DNA of 64,000 bases from Desulfuromonadales bacterium (GCA_014859605.1 JACUTW010000001.1:14527-78526), one strand, 5' to 3'; shown: positions 41,472-53,469, counted from the first letter of the stretch. Notes: generated by a model from the sequence alone, not told the origin. Made by a program: numbers and translations.

Positions 41472-41900
41472 TTAAAGAGGCAGCGTTTTCGGCTGCTGCG
41501 CGGCATGGGGATGATCGGTGCCGGCATAGACCTTAAGTTTCTTATACATCTGACGGCCCAACTTGTTTTTGGGGAGCATCCCCTTGACCGCCTTACGAAT
41601 GACATCTTCCGGCTTGGTGGCCAGAAGTTTCTCCGCTGTAATCTCTCTGATGCCGCCCGGGAAACCGGTATGGCGATAATACTTCTTGTCGGCCATCTTG
41701 TTACCGGTCAGGCAAACTTTATCAGCGTTCAGAATAATGACAAAATCCCCGGTATCGACACTCGGGGTATAGATCGGTTTGTGTTTCCCGCGCAGAACAC
41801 TGGCGATTTTGGTCGCAGCACGCCCCAAAACCTGTCCGTCGAGATCGACGATAAACCAGTTGCGATTGACTTCTGACTCTTTAGCCACTTCAGTTCTCAT
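41472..41900 (-). CDS. rplM: 50S ribosomal protein L13
   Basis: 142 aa. [16 protein letters not shown] and the [10 protein letters not shown] motif. Confidence 0.97.
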   Translation of the reverse strand: MRTEVAKESEVNRNWFIVDLDGQVLGRAATKIASVLRGKHKPIYTPSVDTGDFVIILNADKVCLTGNKMADKKYYRHTGFPGGIREITAEKLLATKPEDVIRKAVKGMLPKNKLGRQMYKKLKVYAGTDHPHAAQQPKTLPL

Positions 41901-41955
41901 GGACTTCCTCTCTTATATGTTTCCCTGTGAATTTTCGGGGCTCACAGAAGCCAGT

Positions 41956-41984
41956 AAAATATCCGCACAAGGCGGTGGTGTCAA
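41956..41984 (-). promoter_or_regulatory. Candidate sigma70 promoter (TTGACA-17-TATTTT) for rplM-rpsI
   Basis: Read on the minus strand. Followed by the leader hairpin CTGTGA-N11-TCACAG, which precedes the RBS. Confidence 0.55.
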
Positions 41985-42046
41985 GCAATTTCTACGAAAA
42001 CATTCATAAACGGAGCAGATTTTTCCGTCACTCTATTCCTGCCCGT

Positions 42047-43360
42047 TTAGCTGAGATCGCGCTCGATCCGGACAAAACGGCTGACATCGCGAATCATCGG
42101 CGAAGTGTCGATCTGCGCCAGGGCGCTGCGCACATCCGCTTCCCGCGCTTCGTGGGTGACGATAACGATCGGTACGGCGCCGCCGATCTGCCGCTCCGGC
42201 TGACTCATTGCTGCAATACTGATATTGAAATGACCAAGGACGCCGGCAATATGAGCAAGGACACCGGCCTGATCAGTGGCGGCAAAACGCAGATAATATT
42301 CGCTGACGATCTCGGCCATCGGTTTGAGGGGGAGGTTACGCAGGGCGTCCGCACTCACCCCTAAAGCCGGGGTCCGCAGGACCGCGCCGACACGAAGATT
42401 ACGGACAATCGCCATGACATCGCCAAGGACAGCACTGGCAGTGGCCTCCATGCCGGCGCCGCGCCCGGAGAACATTACCGGACCGGAGAAATCACCGACC
42501 AATCGAATACCGTTAAAGACGCCATCGACATCGGCGAGAGGATAGTTAAAGGGGATCATGGTCGGATGAACGCGGGCCTCAATCCGCCCGTCGTCATCGA
42601 CCTTTCCAACCGCCAACAGCTTGATCTTGAAGCCGAACTGCCGAGCGAACTGGATGTCCAGAGCTGAAATCTGACTGATCCCTTCGGTAAAGATCTCATG
42701 GAGAGGGACCCGGGTGCCAAAACAGAGGCTGAGAAGGAGAGCCAGTTTATGGGCGGTATCGATCCCTTCGATATCGAAGGTCGGATCGGCCTCAGCGTAG
42801 CCGTGTGCCTGCGCGTCCTTCAGTACAGCAGAGAACTCGGCGCCTTCGTTTGTCATGCGGGTGAGGATGTAGTTGCAGGTGCCGTTGAGGATACCGCAGA
42901 GACTGCGAAAACGGTTGGCGCAGAGATTTTCTTTTATCGCTGAGATAATCGGTATGCCGCCGCCGACGGCGGCCTCATACATGACATCGACGCCGTGCTG
43001 TGCGGCAGCAGCAAAGATCTCTTCGCCGTGTACCGCCAAAAGCGCCTTGTTGGCAGTGACGACATGTTTGCCGCTGGCAATAGCGCGCAGGACAAAGGTG
43101 CGGGCCGGCTCGTAGCCACCTATCAACTCGATGACAATATCGATGCTGGGATCAGACAACAGATCATCGATACACGTTGACAAAATTCCGGGTGCAACGG
43201 TAACGCCGCGATTTGTGATGATATCGAGATCGACAACCCGGACCAACTCCAGTTGCGCGCCGAGGCGTTCGACCAGTAAGTCCTGATTCTGTTGCAGTAA
43301 TTTGATGACACCGGTGCCGATCGTCCCAAAGCCGATCAATCCCACACGAAAAGTTTTCAT
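42047..43360 (-). CDS. hom: Homoserine dehydrogenase with a C-terminal ACT domain
   Basis: GLIGFGTIGTG N-terminus, the EAAVGGGIPII motif, and an ACT domain at the C-terminus. Confidence 0.93.
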   Translation of the reverse strand: MKTFRVGLIGFGTIGTGVIKLLQQNQDLLVERLGAQLELVRVVDLDIITNRGVTVAPGILSTCIDDLLSDPSIDIVIELIGGYEPARTFVLRAIASGKHVVTANKALLAVHGEEIFAAAAQHGVDVMYEAAVGGGIPIISAIKENLCANRFRSLCGILNGTCNYILTRMTNEGAEFSAVLKDAQAHGYAEADPTFDIEGIDTAHKLALLLSLCFGTRVPLHEIFTEGISQISALDIQFARQFGFKIKLLAVGKVDDDGRIEARVHPTMIPFNYPLADVDGVFNGIRLVGDFSGPVMFSGRGAGMEATASAVLGDVMAIVRNLRVGAVLRTPALGVSADALRNLPLKPMAEIVSEYYLRFAATDQAGVLAHIAGVLGHFNISIAAMSQPERQIGGAVPIVIVTHEAREADVRSALAQIDTSPMIRDVSRFVRIERDLS

Positions 43361-43383
43361 AATTTTTTAAATCCTCACAGGAA

Positions 43384-43851
43384 TCAACCGGATTGACGAC
43401 AGGTACGGGAGATGCGATCAAGGATCCCGTTAATAAATGCGGGGGTCTCTTTGGTACCGTAGCGTTTGCCGATCTCCACCGCTTCATTAATGATGACATT
43501 GACGGGAATATCGGGGCGACACATCAACTCGTAGGCGCTCAACCTCAACAGGGCTAGATCGACGCGGGCCATGCGTTCCAGCGACCAGTTGGTCGAATAA
43601 GAATGCAGAGTTTCATCGATCGTTTCGAGCTGATCATAAACGCCCCGCACCAACTCCTCGGCAAAGTCCCGCACTTCGGGGGAGACACTCTGATCCGCTT
43701 CTTCGAGGGCATCACCGAGGATGTCGTCACGAAAACGGAATGCCCGCCAGAAATCGTCAAGGGCAATCTGTAAGGATTGATCCTGATCAAAGAGGCTGTA
43801 GATCATCTTCAGGGCAATCTCCCGCCCCTGCCGTCTATTTCCTGCGCCCAT
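43384..43851 (-). CDS. nusB: Transcription antitermination factor NusB
   Basis: RRQGREIALKMIY N-terminus. 155 aa. Sits at the end of the rib operon, as is common. Confidence 0.93.
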   Translation of the reverse strand: MGAGNRRQGREIALKMIYSLFDQDQSLQIALDDFWRAFRFRDDILGDALEEADQSVSPEVRDFAEELVRGVYDQLETIDETLHSYSTNWSLERMARVDLALLRLSAYELMCRPDIPVNVIINEAVEIGKRYGTKETPAFINGILDRISRTCRQSG

Positions 43852-43855
43852 GAGT

Positions 43856-44320
43856 CTAGATCGCCTTCAACAGGTTGACCATCTCGATCACCGAGACAGC
43901 GGCATCAAAGCCTTTGTTACCAGCTTTGGTTCCGGCCCGCTCAATCGCCTGCTCAATCGTCTCGGTGGTCAGGATCCCAAAAGCGATCGGCAATCCACTT
44001 TCGAGGCTGACCGTGGCAATCCCCTTTGAGACTTCGGAAGCAACGTAATCAAAGTGCGGAGTCGCACCGCGAATCACCGCACCGAGACAGATCAAGGCAT
44101 CGTACTCACCGGTGGCCGCCAAACGTTTAGCCACCAAAGGGATTTCGAAAGCCCCGGGGACACGCACGGTGGTAATCGCTGTGGGCTCGGTGCCGTGACG
44201 ATGCAGCGCGTCAAGGGCGCCTTCGACCAAACGCTCGCCGATAAAACTGTTGAAGCGGCTGACGATGATAGCGAAACGCAATCCGGTGCCATCCAGCTTC
44301 CCCTCTAAAGTCCTGTTCAT
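43856..44320 (-). CDS. ribH: 6,7-dimethyl-8-ribityllumazine synthase
   Basis: FAIIVSRFN and VPGAFEIP motifs. Confidence 0.95.
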   Translation of the reverse strand: MNRTLEGKLDGTGLRFAIIVSRFNSFIGERLVEGALDALHRHGTEPTAITTVRVPGAFEIPLVAKRLAATGEYDALICLGAVIRGATPHFDYVASEVSKGIATVSLESGLPIAFGILTTETIEQAIERAGTKAGNKGFDAAVSVIEMVNLLKAI

Positions 44321-44338
44321 GCGTACACTCCCTTAAGC

Positions 44339-45541
44339 TTAAATGTTTTCAAGTAGATGCCCCATCTTTTCCCGTTTGGTCTGCAGATAGCGGCGATTGC
44401 TGCGGGTGGATGGAACCTGAATGGAGACCCGATCGACAATTTCGATCCCGTACCCTTGCAAGCCGACGATCTTTTTGGGGTTATTGGTCATTAATCGAAT
44501 TTTTTTGACCCCGAGCTCGGCAAGAATCTGCGCGCCGATACCGTAATCACGAAGATCAGCCTTGAAGCCGAGGGCTTCGTTGGCTTCGACCGTATCCTTC
44601 CCCTTGTCCTGCAGAGCATAGGCCTTGAGTTTGTTGGCGAGACCGATGCCGCGACCTTCCTGCCGCATGTAAAGGATCACACCCTTCCCTTCGGCCTCGA
44701 CCTGGGCCATGGCACTATGGAGCTGTTCGCCGCAATCGCAACGCTGCGAACCAAAGACATCGCCGGTCAGGCATTCTGAATGGACACGCACCAGAACCGG
44801 CTGTTCCGGATCGATCACCCCTTTGATCAGCGCCACATGCTCGGCATCATCAACATCATTATCATAAACAACCGCCGTAAAATCACCAAAAGCCGTCGGC
44901 AGAACGGTCTCGGCCACCCGTCGCACCAGCAACTCTTTCCGCATCCGGTAAGCGACGAGATCGGCAATCGTCACAATTTTGAGATCGTGACGTTCGGCAA
45001 AGGTTGTTAACTCGGCGAGGCGGGACATGGTTCCGTCGTCGTTCATGATTTCGCAGATCACCCCGGCCGGTTTCAACCCGGCAATACGGGCGAGATCGAC
45101 CGAGCCTTCGGTCTGGCCGGTGCGGACCATCACCCCGCCCTTTTTGGCGCGTAACGGGAAGATATGACCGGGGCGCGCCAGATCGGCGGCGGTCGATTCA
45201 TCGGCAATGGCGACACGAATAGTCTGGGCGCGATCCGCGGCGGAGATACCGGTGGTCACCCCTTTACGGGCTTCGATGGAGACGGTAAAGGCGGTCCCGA
45301 AAGAAGAGGTATTGTCGCGGACCATCAAGGGGAGATCGAGAAAGTCGGCCCGATCCTCCGTCAAAGTCAGACAGATCAAACCGCGGCCTTCTTTTGCCAT
45401 GAAGTTGATCGCTTCCGGTGTGACCAACTCCGCGGCCATGGCCAGATCACCTTCGTTTTCGCGATCCTCGTCATCGACCAGAATCACCATCTTGCCATTA
45501 CGGATATCTTCTAACGCTGCTTCGATCTTGGCAATCGGCAT
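44339..45541 (-). CDS. ribBA: Bifunctional 3,4-dihydroxy-2-butanone-4-phosphate synthase / GTP cyclohydrolase II
   Basis: [11 protein letters not shown] (DHBP synthase) and [15 protein letters not shown] (GCH II). Start is the ATG at 45541; the GTG at 45556 is an alternative. Confidence 0.92.
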   Translation of the reverse strand: MPIAKIEAALEDIRNGKMVILVDDEDRENEGDLAMAAELVTPEAINFMAKEGRGLICLTLTEDRADFLDLPLMVRDNTSSFGTAFTVSIEARKGVTTGISAADRAQTIRVAIADESTAADLARPGHIFPLRAKKGGVMVRTGQTEGSVDLARIAGLKPAGVICEIMNDDGTMSRLAELTTFAERHDLKIVTIADLVAYRMRKELLVRRVAETVLPTAFGDFTAVVYDNDVDDAEHVALIKGVIDPEQPVLVRVHSECLTGDVFGSQRCDCGEQLHSAMAQVEAEGKGVILYMRQEGRGIGLANKLKAYALQDKGKDTVEANEALGFKADLRDYGIGAQILAELGVKKIRLMTNNPKKIVGLQGYGIEIVDRVSIQVPSTRSNRRYLQTKREKMGHLLENI

Positions 45542-45613
45542 AAAATAAACCGTCACTTTCTAGAGGAGAATGGGCACAGAACGCGCTGGTGCCCGCAAAG
45601 AGGTGGAACTATC

Positions 45614-46270
45614 TCACAGAAAACCGTGCTTGGCAAGAAAGTCCAGACTTAATGCCGGCCGGTCAACCGGCGGCGTCTCCCGCCCTCCCGGGAAGAGCCG
45701 CAGCACATATTTGGCAATCAGATCCGTTTCAATATTGACCTGTGAACCGATCTTCATGGTCGCCAGCGTGGTATTTTGCAGGCTATGGGGGATAATGGCA
45801 ACTGTGAAGCTGTCAACATCGACGCTGTTGACGGTCAGACTGATACCGTCAATCGCCACCGACCCCTTGGCAACGAGAAAACGATTGTAAGCAGGATCCA
45901 GGGTAAAGGTCATGCGCTGCGCATTGCCATCGTTACGACGCTCTGCCAGAGTGGCAACGGCATCGATATGGCCGCTGACAATATGCCCGCCGAGACGATC
46001 GCCAAGCCGCAGGGCGCGCTCAAGGTTGACGGGTTGTCCCGCCTTGATAGCGGCCAGATTCGTGCAAGCCAGAGTCTCCGGCGAAACATCGGCTTGAAAG
46101 CCGCCAGCGCCGAAAGCCACGACGGTGAGACAGGCGCCATTGACCGCAATACTCTCGCCGAGGAGATAAGAATCGTCGACAAAAGGGGCCGCGACGCTCA
46201 AGATGGCGCTTCCGGCGGCACGGCGTAACGAGCGAACAACACCGACGCTTTCAATTAATCCGGTAAACAT
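45614..46270 (-). CDS. ribE: Riboflavin synthase
   Basis: MFTGLIE N-terminus and duplicated GESIAVNGACLTV / GSVAIDGISLTV motifs. Confidence 0.93.
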   Translation of the reverse strand: MFTGLIESVGVVRSLRRAAGSAILSVAAPFVDDSYLLGESIAVNGACLTVVAFGAGGFQADVSPETLACTNLAAIKAGQPVNLERALRLGDRLGGHIVSGHIDAVATLAERRNDGNAQRMTFTLDPAYNRFLVAKGSVAIDGISLTVNSVDVDSFTVAIIPHSLQNTTLATMKIGSQVNIETDLIAKYVLRLFPGGRETPPVDRPALSLDFLAKHGFL

Positions 46271-47388
46271 GCTGACTCCAACTCTCCATGCAGAAGCAGA
46301 TCATCGCCATAACGTTCGACGTGCAGTTGCCGCAGGCGAAAGGCATCCTTCAGATTGCTGACACCGGGACCAGAAAAGACGGGAAGACCTTGCCCGCCGA
46401 GGAGCAGCGGCGCGACAAAGAGGCAAAGGCGATCCACAATCCCGGCGTGCAGGGCGCCATGGTGCAATCGCCCGCCCCCTTCAAGCAGGATACTCTGAAT
46501 GCCGCGCGCGCCGAGTTGGCGCAGGGCGTCGGCAAGATCGATCGCGCCGGGATGGCCGACGACGCGGAGGATCTCGACCTGATCTGACTGCAAACGCTCT
46601 ACATCGGCCGCGCTGGCGGCGGCGCTGGTCAGGATCAGAGTTCTTCCCGCTTCTGTCAGTAAAGCCGCTGACGACGGTGTCCGCAGAGTGCTGTCAACAA
46701 CAATCCGCAAGGGATTCTTCCCCTCCCCTTGCGCCAGACGGGTGGTGAGCCGGGGATTATCGGCGAGAACCGTCCCGATCCCGACCATAATGGCGTCATG
46801 GGTATTACGCAGATGGTGAACAACGGCCCGACTCTCGGCACCGGTGATCCACTGCGACTCGCCACGGGCAGTGGCAACGGCACCGTCGATGGTCATCCCG
46901 GCTTTCAGGGTGACATAAGGGAGTCCGGTGCGGATATGTTTGGCAAAAGGGGCAATAAGCTGTCGACACTCGCACTCGAGAATGCCGCTCACCACCTCAA
47001 TCCCGGCCGCCTGCAACTGCGCAAAACCGCCACCGGCAACCTGGGGATTAGGATCGCGACACCCCGCCACGACCCGAAGGATACCGGCAGAAATGACGGC
47101 TGTCGCACAGGGGCCGGTCCGGCCGCGATGACAGCAGGGCTCCAGAGTAACATAAAGGGTCGCCCCCTGTGCGGCAATTCCGGCCTGACGCAGAGCAAAG
47201 ATCTCGGCATGCGGTTCGCCGGCAGCAGGATGAAATCCTTCGCCGACAATCACATTATCCCGGACAATCACGGCCCCGACCGCCGGGTTCGGGGCGGTCC
47301 GCCCTTCAGCGCGGCGCGCCAGTTCGAGAGCGCGACGCATGTAGCGTTCGTCCTCGCAGGGCAGAACAACAACGGCAACGTCAGCCAC
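46255..47388 (-). CDS. ribD: Bifunctional riboflavin biosynthesis deaminase/reductase RibD
   Basis: [13 protein letters not shown] and [11 protein letters not shown] deaminase zinc motifs. The GTG at 47388 is preferred, leaving a 4-nt gap after nrdR. The GTG at 47430 would overlap nrdR by 50 nt. Confidence 0.88.
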   Translation of the reverse strand: MADVAVVVLPCEDERYMRRALELARRAEGRTAPNPAVGAVIVRDNVIVGEGFHPAAGEPHAEIFALRQAGIAAQGATLYVTLEPCCHRGRTGPCATAVISAGILRVVAGCRDPNPQVAGGGFAQLQAAGIEVVSGILECECRQLIAPFAKHIRTGLPYVTLKAGMTIDGAVATARGESQWITGAESRAVVHHLRNTHDAIMVGIGTVLADNPRLTTRLAQGEGKNPLRIVVDSTLRTPSSAALLTEAGRTLILTSAAASAADVERLQSDQVEILRVVGHPGAIDLADALRQLGARGIQSILLEGGGRLHHGALHAGIVDRLCLFVAPLLLGGQGLPVFSGPGVSNLKDAFRLRQLHVERYGDDLLLHGELESACLPD

Positions 47389-47854
47389 TGTTGTGCCCCT
47401 CCCCTTTGGCAAGGATCTCCTTGAGTTCACTCATAAACTCGTTGATATCCTTGAACTGGCGGTAGACCGAAGCAAAGCGGACATACGCCACCTCGTCGAG
47501 ATTGCGCAAGGCCGCCATGACCGCTTCACCGATCCGACTCGATTCGATCTCCCGCTCGCCACTCTCAAGAAAGGAGAGTTCAAGACGATCGATGACCTTC
47601 TCGATCGTATCGCTCGACACCGGTCGTTTTTCGCAGGCGCGCTGAATTCCGGCGAGTATTTTTAAACGGTCAAAGGGCTGGCGGCGGCCATCCTTCTTGA
47701 CGACCAAAGGCTGCACCTCTTCGACCCGCTCATAGGTGGTAAAGCGCCGTTCGCACTCAACACACTCGCGGCGCCGGCGGATATTATTCCCCTCTTTGCC
47801 CAGTCGCGAGTCGATGACTTTGGTATCAATATAGGCGCAAAAAGGGCACTTCAT
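47381..47854 (-). CDS. nrdR: Transcriptional repressor NrdR
   Basis: Zinc ribbon MKCPFC...[12 protein letters not shown] plus an ATP-cone domain. Confidence 0.95.
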   Translation of the reverse strand: MKCPFCAYIDTKVIDSRLGKEGNNIRRRRECVECERRFTTYERVEEVQPLVVKKDGRRQPFDRLKILAGIQRACEKRPVSSDTIEKVIDRLELSFLESGEREIESSRIGEAVMAALRNLDEVAYVRFASVYRQFKDINEFMSELKEILAKGEGHNSG

Positions 47855-48315
47855 GAAGCGTCCTTTGCTTCCATGCTCTCGACGATCAATCCGGCTTCGT
47901 CAAGCATGGCCTTTGCCAAAGGATCGGGATAACCATCAGTGCAGACAATCCGTTTAACTCCCGAATTGATCAGCATTTTCGAACAGATGATACAGGGCGA
48001 ATGGGTGCAGTACAACACCGCACCGTCGATGTTGACGCCATGTTTGGCCGCCTGGATGATAGCATTCTGTTCGGCGTGAAGACCGCGGCAGAGTTCGTGG
48101 CGCTCGCCGGAAGGGACGTTCATCTGCAGCCGCAGACAGCCGACATCGGAGCAGTGACGGATCCCCGAGGGGGTGCCGTTGTAGCCGGTGGCCAAAATAT
48201 TCTTGTCCTTGACCATCACCGCTCCGACCTGCCGCCGCAGACAGGTCGACCGGCTCGCTACCAGCCGGGCGATCTCCATAAAATACTCATCCCAGCTCGG
48301 GCGGTTCATCGCCAT
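47851..48315 (-). CDS. dCMP deaminase (ComEB family)
   Basis: Start set at [13 protein letters not shown] (48315), just after the glyA stop. HAEQNAI and PCIICSKM zinc motifs. Confidence 0.85.
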   Translation of the reverse strand: MAMNRPSWDEYFMEIARLVASRSTCLRRQVGAVMVKDKNILATGYNGTPSGIRHCSDVGCLRLQMNVPSGERHELCRGLHAEQNAIIQAAKHGVNIDGAVLYCTHSPCIICSKMLINSGVKRIVCTDGYPDPLAKAMLDEAGLIVESMEAKDAS

Positions 48316-48316
48316 C

Positions 48317-49567
48317 CTACTTGAGACGATGTGCGTAAAGGGGATAAGACTGACAAAGTTCCTGCACTTCGCCGCGGATTTTAGCGAGCAGATCCGGCTG
48401 ATCATGGCCTTTGAGGGCACGATCGATCCAGGCCGCAACCAGCAGCATATCCTTCTCCTTCAGACCGCGGGTCGTGGTCGCCGGCGTGCCGATACGGAAG
48501 CCGCTGGTGACAAAGGGCGAACGCGTATCAAAGGGGACGGCATTCTTGTTGACGGTAATGCCGGCAAGTTCGAGGGTCGCTTCAGCCAGTTTGCCGGTCA
48601 ACTCGGTGCTGGAGAGATCGACGAGCATAAGATGATTATCGGTGCCGCCGGAGACAAGGTTGAAGCCGCGCTCCATCAGCGCTCCGGCCAGGGCCTGGGC
48701 ATTCTTCACCACCTGCTGCGCATAGAGTTTGAACTCCGGCTGCAGCGCTTCCTTGAAGGCCACCGCTTTGGCGGCGATGACGTGCATCAGCGGTCCGCCC
48801 TGGATCCCTGGAAAGATGTTGCTGTTGAGTTTCTTGGCGTACTCTTCGCGGCACAGGATCATGCCGCCGCGCGGGCCGCGCAAGGTTTTGTGGGTGGTGG
48901 TGGTCACATACTCGGCATCCGGGACGGGATTGGCGTGAACGCCGGCCGCAACCAGACCGGCGATGTGGGCCATATCGACCATGACCACCGCTCCGACCTG
49001 GTCGGCAACCTGGCGGAAGGCCTTAAAATCGATGGCACGGGGATAAGCGCTCGCGCCGACGACGATCATCTTCGGCCGGTGCTCTTTAGCCAGAGCTTCG
49101 ACCTCGTCGTAATCGATACGACCGGTTTCACGCTTGACCCCGTAGGGGACAACATTAAAGAGTTTCCCGGAAAAGTTGACTGGGGAACCGTGCGTGAGAT
49201 GCCCGCCATGCGCCAGATTCATCCCGAGGATCGTTGCACCGGGCTGACATTCGGCGAAATAGACTGCCATGTTCGCCTGCGAACCGGAATGGGGCTGTAC
49301 ATTGGCATGGTCGGCACCAAAGAGTTCCTTGGCACGATCGATCGCCAGATTCTCGGCGATATCGACAACGTCGCAGCCGCCGTAATAACGCTTGCCGGGG
49401 TAACCTTCCGCGTATTTATTGGTCAGCACCGAACCTTGCGCTTCGAGAACATTTTCGCTGACGAAATTCTCTGAAGCGATAAATTCGAGGTTATTCTCCT
49501 GGCGCTCGGTCTCGTGATAGATAGCCGCGGCGATCTGCGGATCAAATTGCTTCAGACGGTCAGACAT
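48317..49567 (-). CDS. glyA: Serine hydroxymethyltransferase
   Basis: [18 protein letters not shown]-lysine motif. 416 aa. Confidence 0.97.
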   Translation of the reverse strand: MSDRLKQFDPQIAAAIYHETERQENNLEFIASENFVSENVLEAQGSVLTNKYAEGYPGKRYYGGCDVVDIAENLAIDRAKELFGADHANVQPHSGSQANMAVYFAECQPGATILGMNLAHGGHLTHGSPVNFSGKLFNVVPYGVKRETGRIDYDEVEALAKEHRPKMIVVGASAYPRAIDFKAFRQVADQVGAVVMVDMAHIAGLVAAGVHANPVPDAEYVTTTTHKTLRGPRGGMILCREEYAKKLNSNIFPGIQGGPLMHVIAAKAVAFKEALQPEFKLYAQQVVKNAQALAGALMERGFNLVSGGTDNHLMLVDLSSTELTGKLAEATLELAGITVNKNAVPFDTRSPFVTSGFRIGTPATTTRGLKEKDMLLVAAWIDRALKGHDQPDLLAKIRGEVQELCQSYPLYAHRLK

Positions 49568-49611
49568 GGTCTGTCACCTCCGGTTCAAGAAATTAATGGG
49601 GGAATTTCTGT

Positions 49612-49644
49612 CTTTTAATAAAAAAGGCAGGCCGAAGCCTGCCT
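49612..49644 (-). terminator. Intrinsic terminator after rpiB
   Basis: The minus strand reads AAGGCAGGC-TTCG-GCCTGCCTT followed by TTTTATT. Confidence 0.75.
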
Positions 49645-49669
49645 TGACAGGCATAATACCATATAGGAA

Positions 49670-50125
49670 TTAAAGACGTCCGTGCCGGACATCCTCTTCA
49701 ATTTGGGCAATTTTATCAAGACGTCCCTGATGGCGGCCGCCGGCAAAAGCGGTGTCGAGCCAGATCCCGATCATCCGGCAGGCAGCGTCAGCAGTCAGAA
49801 CCCGCCCGCCAAGGACAAGGATGTTGGCATCATTGTGCTCTTTGGCCATCTGCGCAGTAAAATCATCCCAGACCAGGGCAGCACGAACTCCGGGAAATTT
49901 ATTGGCCGTGATCGACATTCCAATGCCGGTGCCACAGACCAAAATCCCTTTGGCAACAACCTGGCGGGAAACTGCCTGTGCTACACGGGCGCCGAAGTCA
50001 GGATAATCGACGGAATCTTCGCTGTTGGTGCCAAGATCATCGACAATTAAACCGCGGCCGACGAGATAGGTTCTGACGGCGTCTTTCAGTTGCAAGCCGC
50101 CGTGATCACTCCCAATCGCAATCAT
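49670..50125 (-). CDS. rpiB: Ribose-5-phosphate isomerase B
   Basis: IAIGSDHGG and LVCGTGIGMSI motifs. 151 aa. Confidence 0.93.
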   Translation of the reverse strand: MIAIGSDHGGLQLKDAVRTYLVGRGLIVDDLGTNSEDSVDYPDFGARVAQAVSRQVVAKGILVCGTGIGMSITANKFPGVRAALVWDDFTAQMAKEHNDANILVLGGRVLTADAACRMIGIWLDTAFAGGRHQGRLDKIAQIEEDVRHGRL

Positions 50126-50127
50126 CT

Positions 50128-51360
50128 TCAGACCTTCTTAAAGATAATAGTCGCGTTGGTGCCACCGAAACCGAGGGAGTTACTCGCCACGATATTCACC
50201 TGCGCCTGCCGGGCGGTATTGGCAACATAGTCGAGGTCGCAGTCGGGATCAGGCGTTGTGTAATTGATCGTCGGTGGGACAACACCACGCTCCATAGCGA
50301 GGAGCGAGAAGACCGCTTCAATGCCGCCGGCAGCGCCGAGAGCATGCCCGGTCATTCCTTTAGTTGAACTGACCATAACCTTGCGACTATGGGCACCAAG
50401 GGATGATTTGATCGCCAGAGTTTCGTAATAGTCATTGAACGGAGTCGAAGTGCCGTGGGCGTTGATATAATCGACCTCTTCCGGATTGAGCCCGGCGTTG
50501 TTCAAGGCCATCTTCATACAGCGCGCCGCCCCTTCACCCTCAGGTGCCGGTGCGGTGAGATGATAAGCATCGCCAGAGAGGCCGTAGCCGACCACTTCGG
50601 CATAAATTTTTGCGCCGCGCGCCTTTGCACCTTCGTACTCTTCAAGGATGAGAATGCCGGCGCCTTCGCCCATGACAAATCCGTCGCGATCCTTGTCAAA
50701 GGGACGACTCGCCCCCTGCGGATCATCGTTACGGGTCGAAAGAGCTTTCATGGCATTGAAACCGGCAATCGCCAAAGGAGTGATCGTCGACTCGGCGCCG
50801 CCGGTGATCATCGCATCGGCATCGCCACGGCGAATGACATGATAAGCTTCACCGATTGCGTGTGTCCCCGCTGCACAAGCAGAAACGACTGAAAAATTGG
50901 GGCCTTTAGCACCATGACGGATGGAAATCTGTCCTGGCGCCAGGTTAATAATCAGCATCGGAATGAAGAAAGGCGTCACCTTCTTGTAGCCGCCTTCGCC
51001 GAGGGCGTCGTGATATTTTTCGATGGTCGGCAAACCACCAAGGCCGGAACCGACAAGGACACCGACCCGCTCGGCATTTTCTTCATCAATCACCAAAGCA
51101 GAATCTTTCATCGCCATATCCGCTGCTGCCAACGCATATTGGATAAAGAGATCCATCTTCTTGATCTCTTTTTTATCGATAAACTCTTCAGGATTAAAAT
51201 CTTTGACTTCACCGGCAATCTGGGTTGGAAGATCCGAGGCATCAAAGCGGGTTATGCGGTCAACACCGGAATGACCCTGCAAAAGTGCATTCCAATTCTT
51301 TTCCACCCCGGTTCCCAGGGCGGAAACAACTCCAATACCCGTCACGACAACTCTGCGCAT
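50128..51360 (-). CDS. fabF: Beta-ketoacyl-ACP synthase II
   Basis: MRRVVVTG N-terminus, active-site SACAAG, the His motifs NAHGTST and TGHALGAAG, and [15 protein letters not shown]. Confidence 0.95.
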   Translation of the reverse strand: MRRVVVTGIGVVSALGTGVEKNWNALLQGHSGVDRITRFDASDLPTQIAGEVKDFNPEEFIDKKEIKKMDLFIQYALAAADMAMKDSALVIDEENAERVGVLVGSGLGGLPTIEKYHDALGEGGYKKVTPFFIPMLIINLAPGQISIRHGAKGPNFSVVSACAAGTHAIGEAYHVIRRGDADAMITGGAESTITPLAIAGFNAMKALSTRNDDPQGASRPFDKDRDGFVMGEGAGILILEEYEGAKARGAKIYAEVVGYGLSGDAYHLTAPAPEGEGAARCMKMALNNAGLNPEEVDYINAHGTSTPFNDYYETLAIKSSLGAHSRKVMVSSTKGMTGHALGAAGGIEAVFSLLAMERGVVPPTINYTTPDPDCDLDYVANTARQAQVNIVASNSLGFGGTNATIIFKKV

Positions 51361-51426
51361 GCTCCTACATCCTCCCTTGAATGGGTATGAATAAGGCCGT
51401 CGACAAGACGTACCGAACTTGAACGC

Positions 51427-51459
51427 GAGAGAGGGAGGCTGACTGCGCCTCCCTCTCTC
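51427..51459 (-). terminator. 13-bp perfect hairpin between acpP and fabF (partial terminator / processing site)
   Basis: GAGAGAGGGAGGC-N7-GCCTCCCTCTCTC. There is no U-tract on the coding (minus) strand. Confidence 0.45.
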
Positions 51460-51467
51460 ATGATTTT

Positions 51468-51701
51468 TTAGGAGTGCTCAGTGATGTAGTCGATAGCATC
51501 CTGAACGGTCTGAATCTTCTCGGCATCTTCATCGGCGATTTCGATGTCGAACTCTTCTTCGAGAGCCATAACCAACTCAACAGTATCGAGGGAGTCAGCG
51601 CCAAGGTCTTCCATAAAGGAAGATTCGTTGCTTACCTGATCCTCTTCAACACCCAACTGCTCAATAACAATCTGTTTCACTCTTTCAGCAATCGAAGCCA
51701 T
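51468..51701 (-). CDS. acpP: Acyl carrier protein
   Basis: [19 protein letters not shown] phosphopantetheine-attachment motif. 77 aa. Confidence 0.97.
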   Translation of the reverse strand: MASIAERVKQIVIEQLGVEEDQVSNESSFMEDLGADSLDTVELVMALEEEFDIEIADEDAEKIQTVQDAIDYITEHS

Positions 51702-51764
51702 TACTTCACCTCCAGTTTTTTGTTTGTGTGATCAAGCCGACTACAGGTCGGATTGCGGGTTATT

Positions 51765-52502
51765 TTACATGTACATGCCGCCATTGACGGCAATGACCTG
51801 GCCAGTAATATAAGCTGATTTTTCCAGCGCCAAAAAGACGACGGCATTCGCAATATCTTCAGCACTACCGAGACGTCCTAATGGAATCTGTGTAGCAAGT
51901 TCCTCCCGAACCTTCTCAGACAAGGCATCTGTCATCGCCGTGGCAATGAAGCCGGGGGCAACTGCATTCACCGTGACATTTCGTTTCGCCAATTCCCGGG
52001 CATTCGACTTAGTCAGACCGATGAGACCGGCTTTGCTGGCGCAGTAGTTCGCCTGACCGGCGTTCCCCATCTGCCCGACGACCGAAGTAATGTTGATAAT
52101 CCGGCCATAGCGCTGCTTGGTCATCACCTTGGCGGCAGCCCGGGAACAAAGGAAAGCGCCTTTGAGATTGACGGTCATAACCGCATCCCAGTCTTCATCC
52201 TTCATGCGCATGAGCAGACCGTCGCGGGTGATACCGGCATTATTCACCAGGATATCGACGCGGCCGAAAGCAGTAATTGCGGCATCGATCATTTTTTCTG
52301 TATCTTCGGTCACCGTCACGTTACCGATCACCGCAATTGCTTCCGTCCCCTTTTCCTTCAACTCGGCGACAATCGTATCTGTAGCAACCGGATCAATATC
52401 GACGGCGACAATCTTGGCGCCGGCTTCTGCCAGGGCCAGAGCAATACTGCGACCGATGCCGCGGGATGCGCCGGTTATAACCGCAATTTTATCTTTTGCC
52501 AT
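51765..52502 (-). CDS. fabG: 3-oxoacyl-ACP reductase
   Basis: TGASRGIG, NNAGIT and YCASKAG SDR motifs, in fab cluster context. Confidence 0.95.
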   Translation of the reverse strand: MAKDKIAVITGASRGIGRSIALALAEAGAKIVAVDIDPVATDTIVAELKEKGTEAIAVIGNVTVTEDTEKMIDAAITAFGRVDILVNNAGITRDGLLMRMKDEDWDAVMTVNLKGAFLCSRAAAKVMTKQRYGRIINITSVVGQMGNAGQANYCASKAGLIGLTKSNARELAKRNVTVNAVAPGFIATAMTDALSEKVREELATQIPLGRLGSAEDIANAVVFLALEKSAYITGQVIAVNGGMYM

Positions 52503-52554
52503 AATAACTATTCCCTTTCAATCAGGATATACGGCGGTCAACTGCCGGGTAGGA

Positions 52555-53469
52555 CTAAAGCAGAGCCAGACTGCTGCGATCTTCGATGTTAGCAAGCTGT
52601 ACATCTTTACTGATACGTTTGACCAGACCGGAAAGGACCTTCCCCGGACCGATCTCGATAAAACGGGTCACACCACTCTCGATCATGGTATTCACCGACT
52701 GTTCCCACAGAACCGGAGCACAAACCTGAGTCACCAGAAGATCTTGCACACGAGTGCAATCGGCATTAGCACGGGCTTCAACATTGGTCACCACCGGCAG
52801 CAGCATCTTCTGATAGGAAAGTCCGGCCAGTACCGCCTTTAGGCGGTCCGCCGCCGGTTGCATCAAGGCACAATGGAAGGGAGCGCTGACCGGCAGCAAC
52901 ATGGCCTTGCGATACCCCTTCCCCTTGGCAATCTCAATAGCACGATTGACCGCTGATGTGTGACCGGCAATGACTATCTGTCCGGGCGAGTTATAGTTGG
53001 CCGGGGCGACGACTTCTCCCTGCGCTGCTTCAGCACAAATTTCAACCAGTGCATCCGCTTCAGCCGAAAGGATCGCCGCCATGGCGCCGACGCCAACCGG
53101 CACGGCTTCCTGCATAAAGGTACCGCGTAAACGAACCGTCTTCACCGCGGCCGCAAAATCGATGGCGCCACTGCAGACCAAAGCCGAATATTCCCCGAGA
53201 GAGTGGCCGGCCGCAAAGGACGGACGCAATCCGGTCTCGGCCTCCACAACCCGCAGCGCAGCAATACTCATGGTCAAGATCGCCGGTTGGGTATTTCTGG
53301 TTAGTTTAAGATCATCTTCCGGCCCATCGAAGCAAAGACCGGCGAGATTAAATTCCAGAACTTCATTGGCTTCTTCGAAGACTTGTCTGGCAACGCTGAA
53401 ATTCTCGAAGAGATCCTTCCCCATGCCGGGAAACTGCGCCCCTTGCCCTGGGAAGATAAATGCGTTCAT
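52555..53469 (-). CDS. fabD: Malonyl CoA-ACP transacylase
   Basis: Start set at MNAFIFPGQGAQ (53469). Active-site motif GHSLGEYSA. Confidence 0.95.
   Translation of the reverse strand: MNAFIFPGQGAQFPGMGKDLFENFSVARQVFEEANEVLEFNLAGLCFDGPEDDLKLTRNTQPAILTMSIAALRVVEAETGLRPSFAAGHSLGEYSALVCSGAIDFAAAVKTVRLRGTFMQEAVPVGVGAMAAILSAEADALVEICAEAAQGEVVAPANYNSPGQIVIAGHTSAVNRAIEIAKGKGYRKAMLLPVSAPFHCALMQPAADRLKAVLAGLSYQKMLLPVVTNVEARANADCTRVQDLLVTQVCAPVLWEQSVNTMIESGVTRFIEIGPGKVLSGLVKRISKDVQLANIEDRSSLALL

Noticed and set aside
41901-41955. L13 autoregulatory leader upstream of rplM
   Set aside because: A hairpin (CTGTGA-N11-TCACAG) lies between the promoter and the RBS. I cannot match it to a characterised L13 leader motif, so it is kept only as a note under the promoter feature.
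47381-48320. Expected FMN riboswitch ahead of the rib genes
   Set aside because: There is no intergenic space. glyA, dCMP deaminase, nrdR and ribD abut or overlap, so no leader exists in which a riboswitch could reside.
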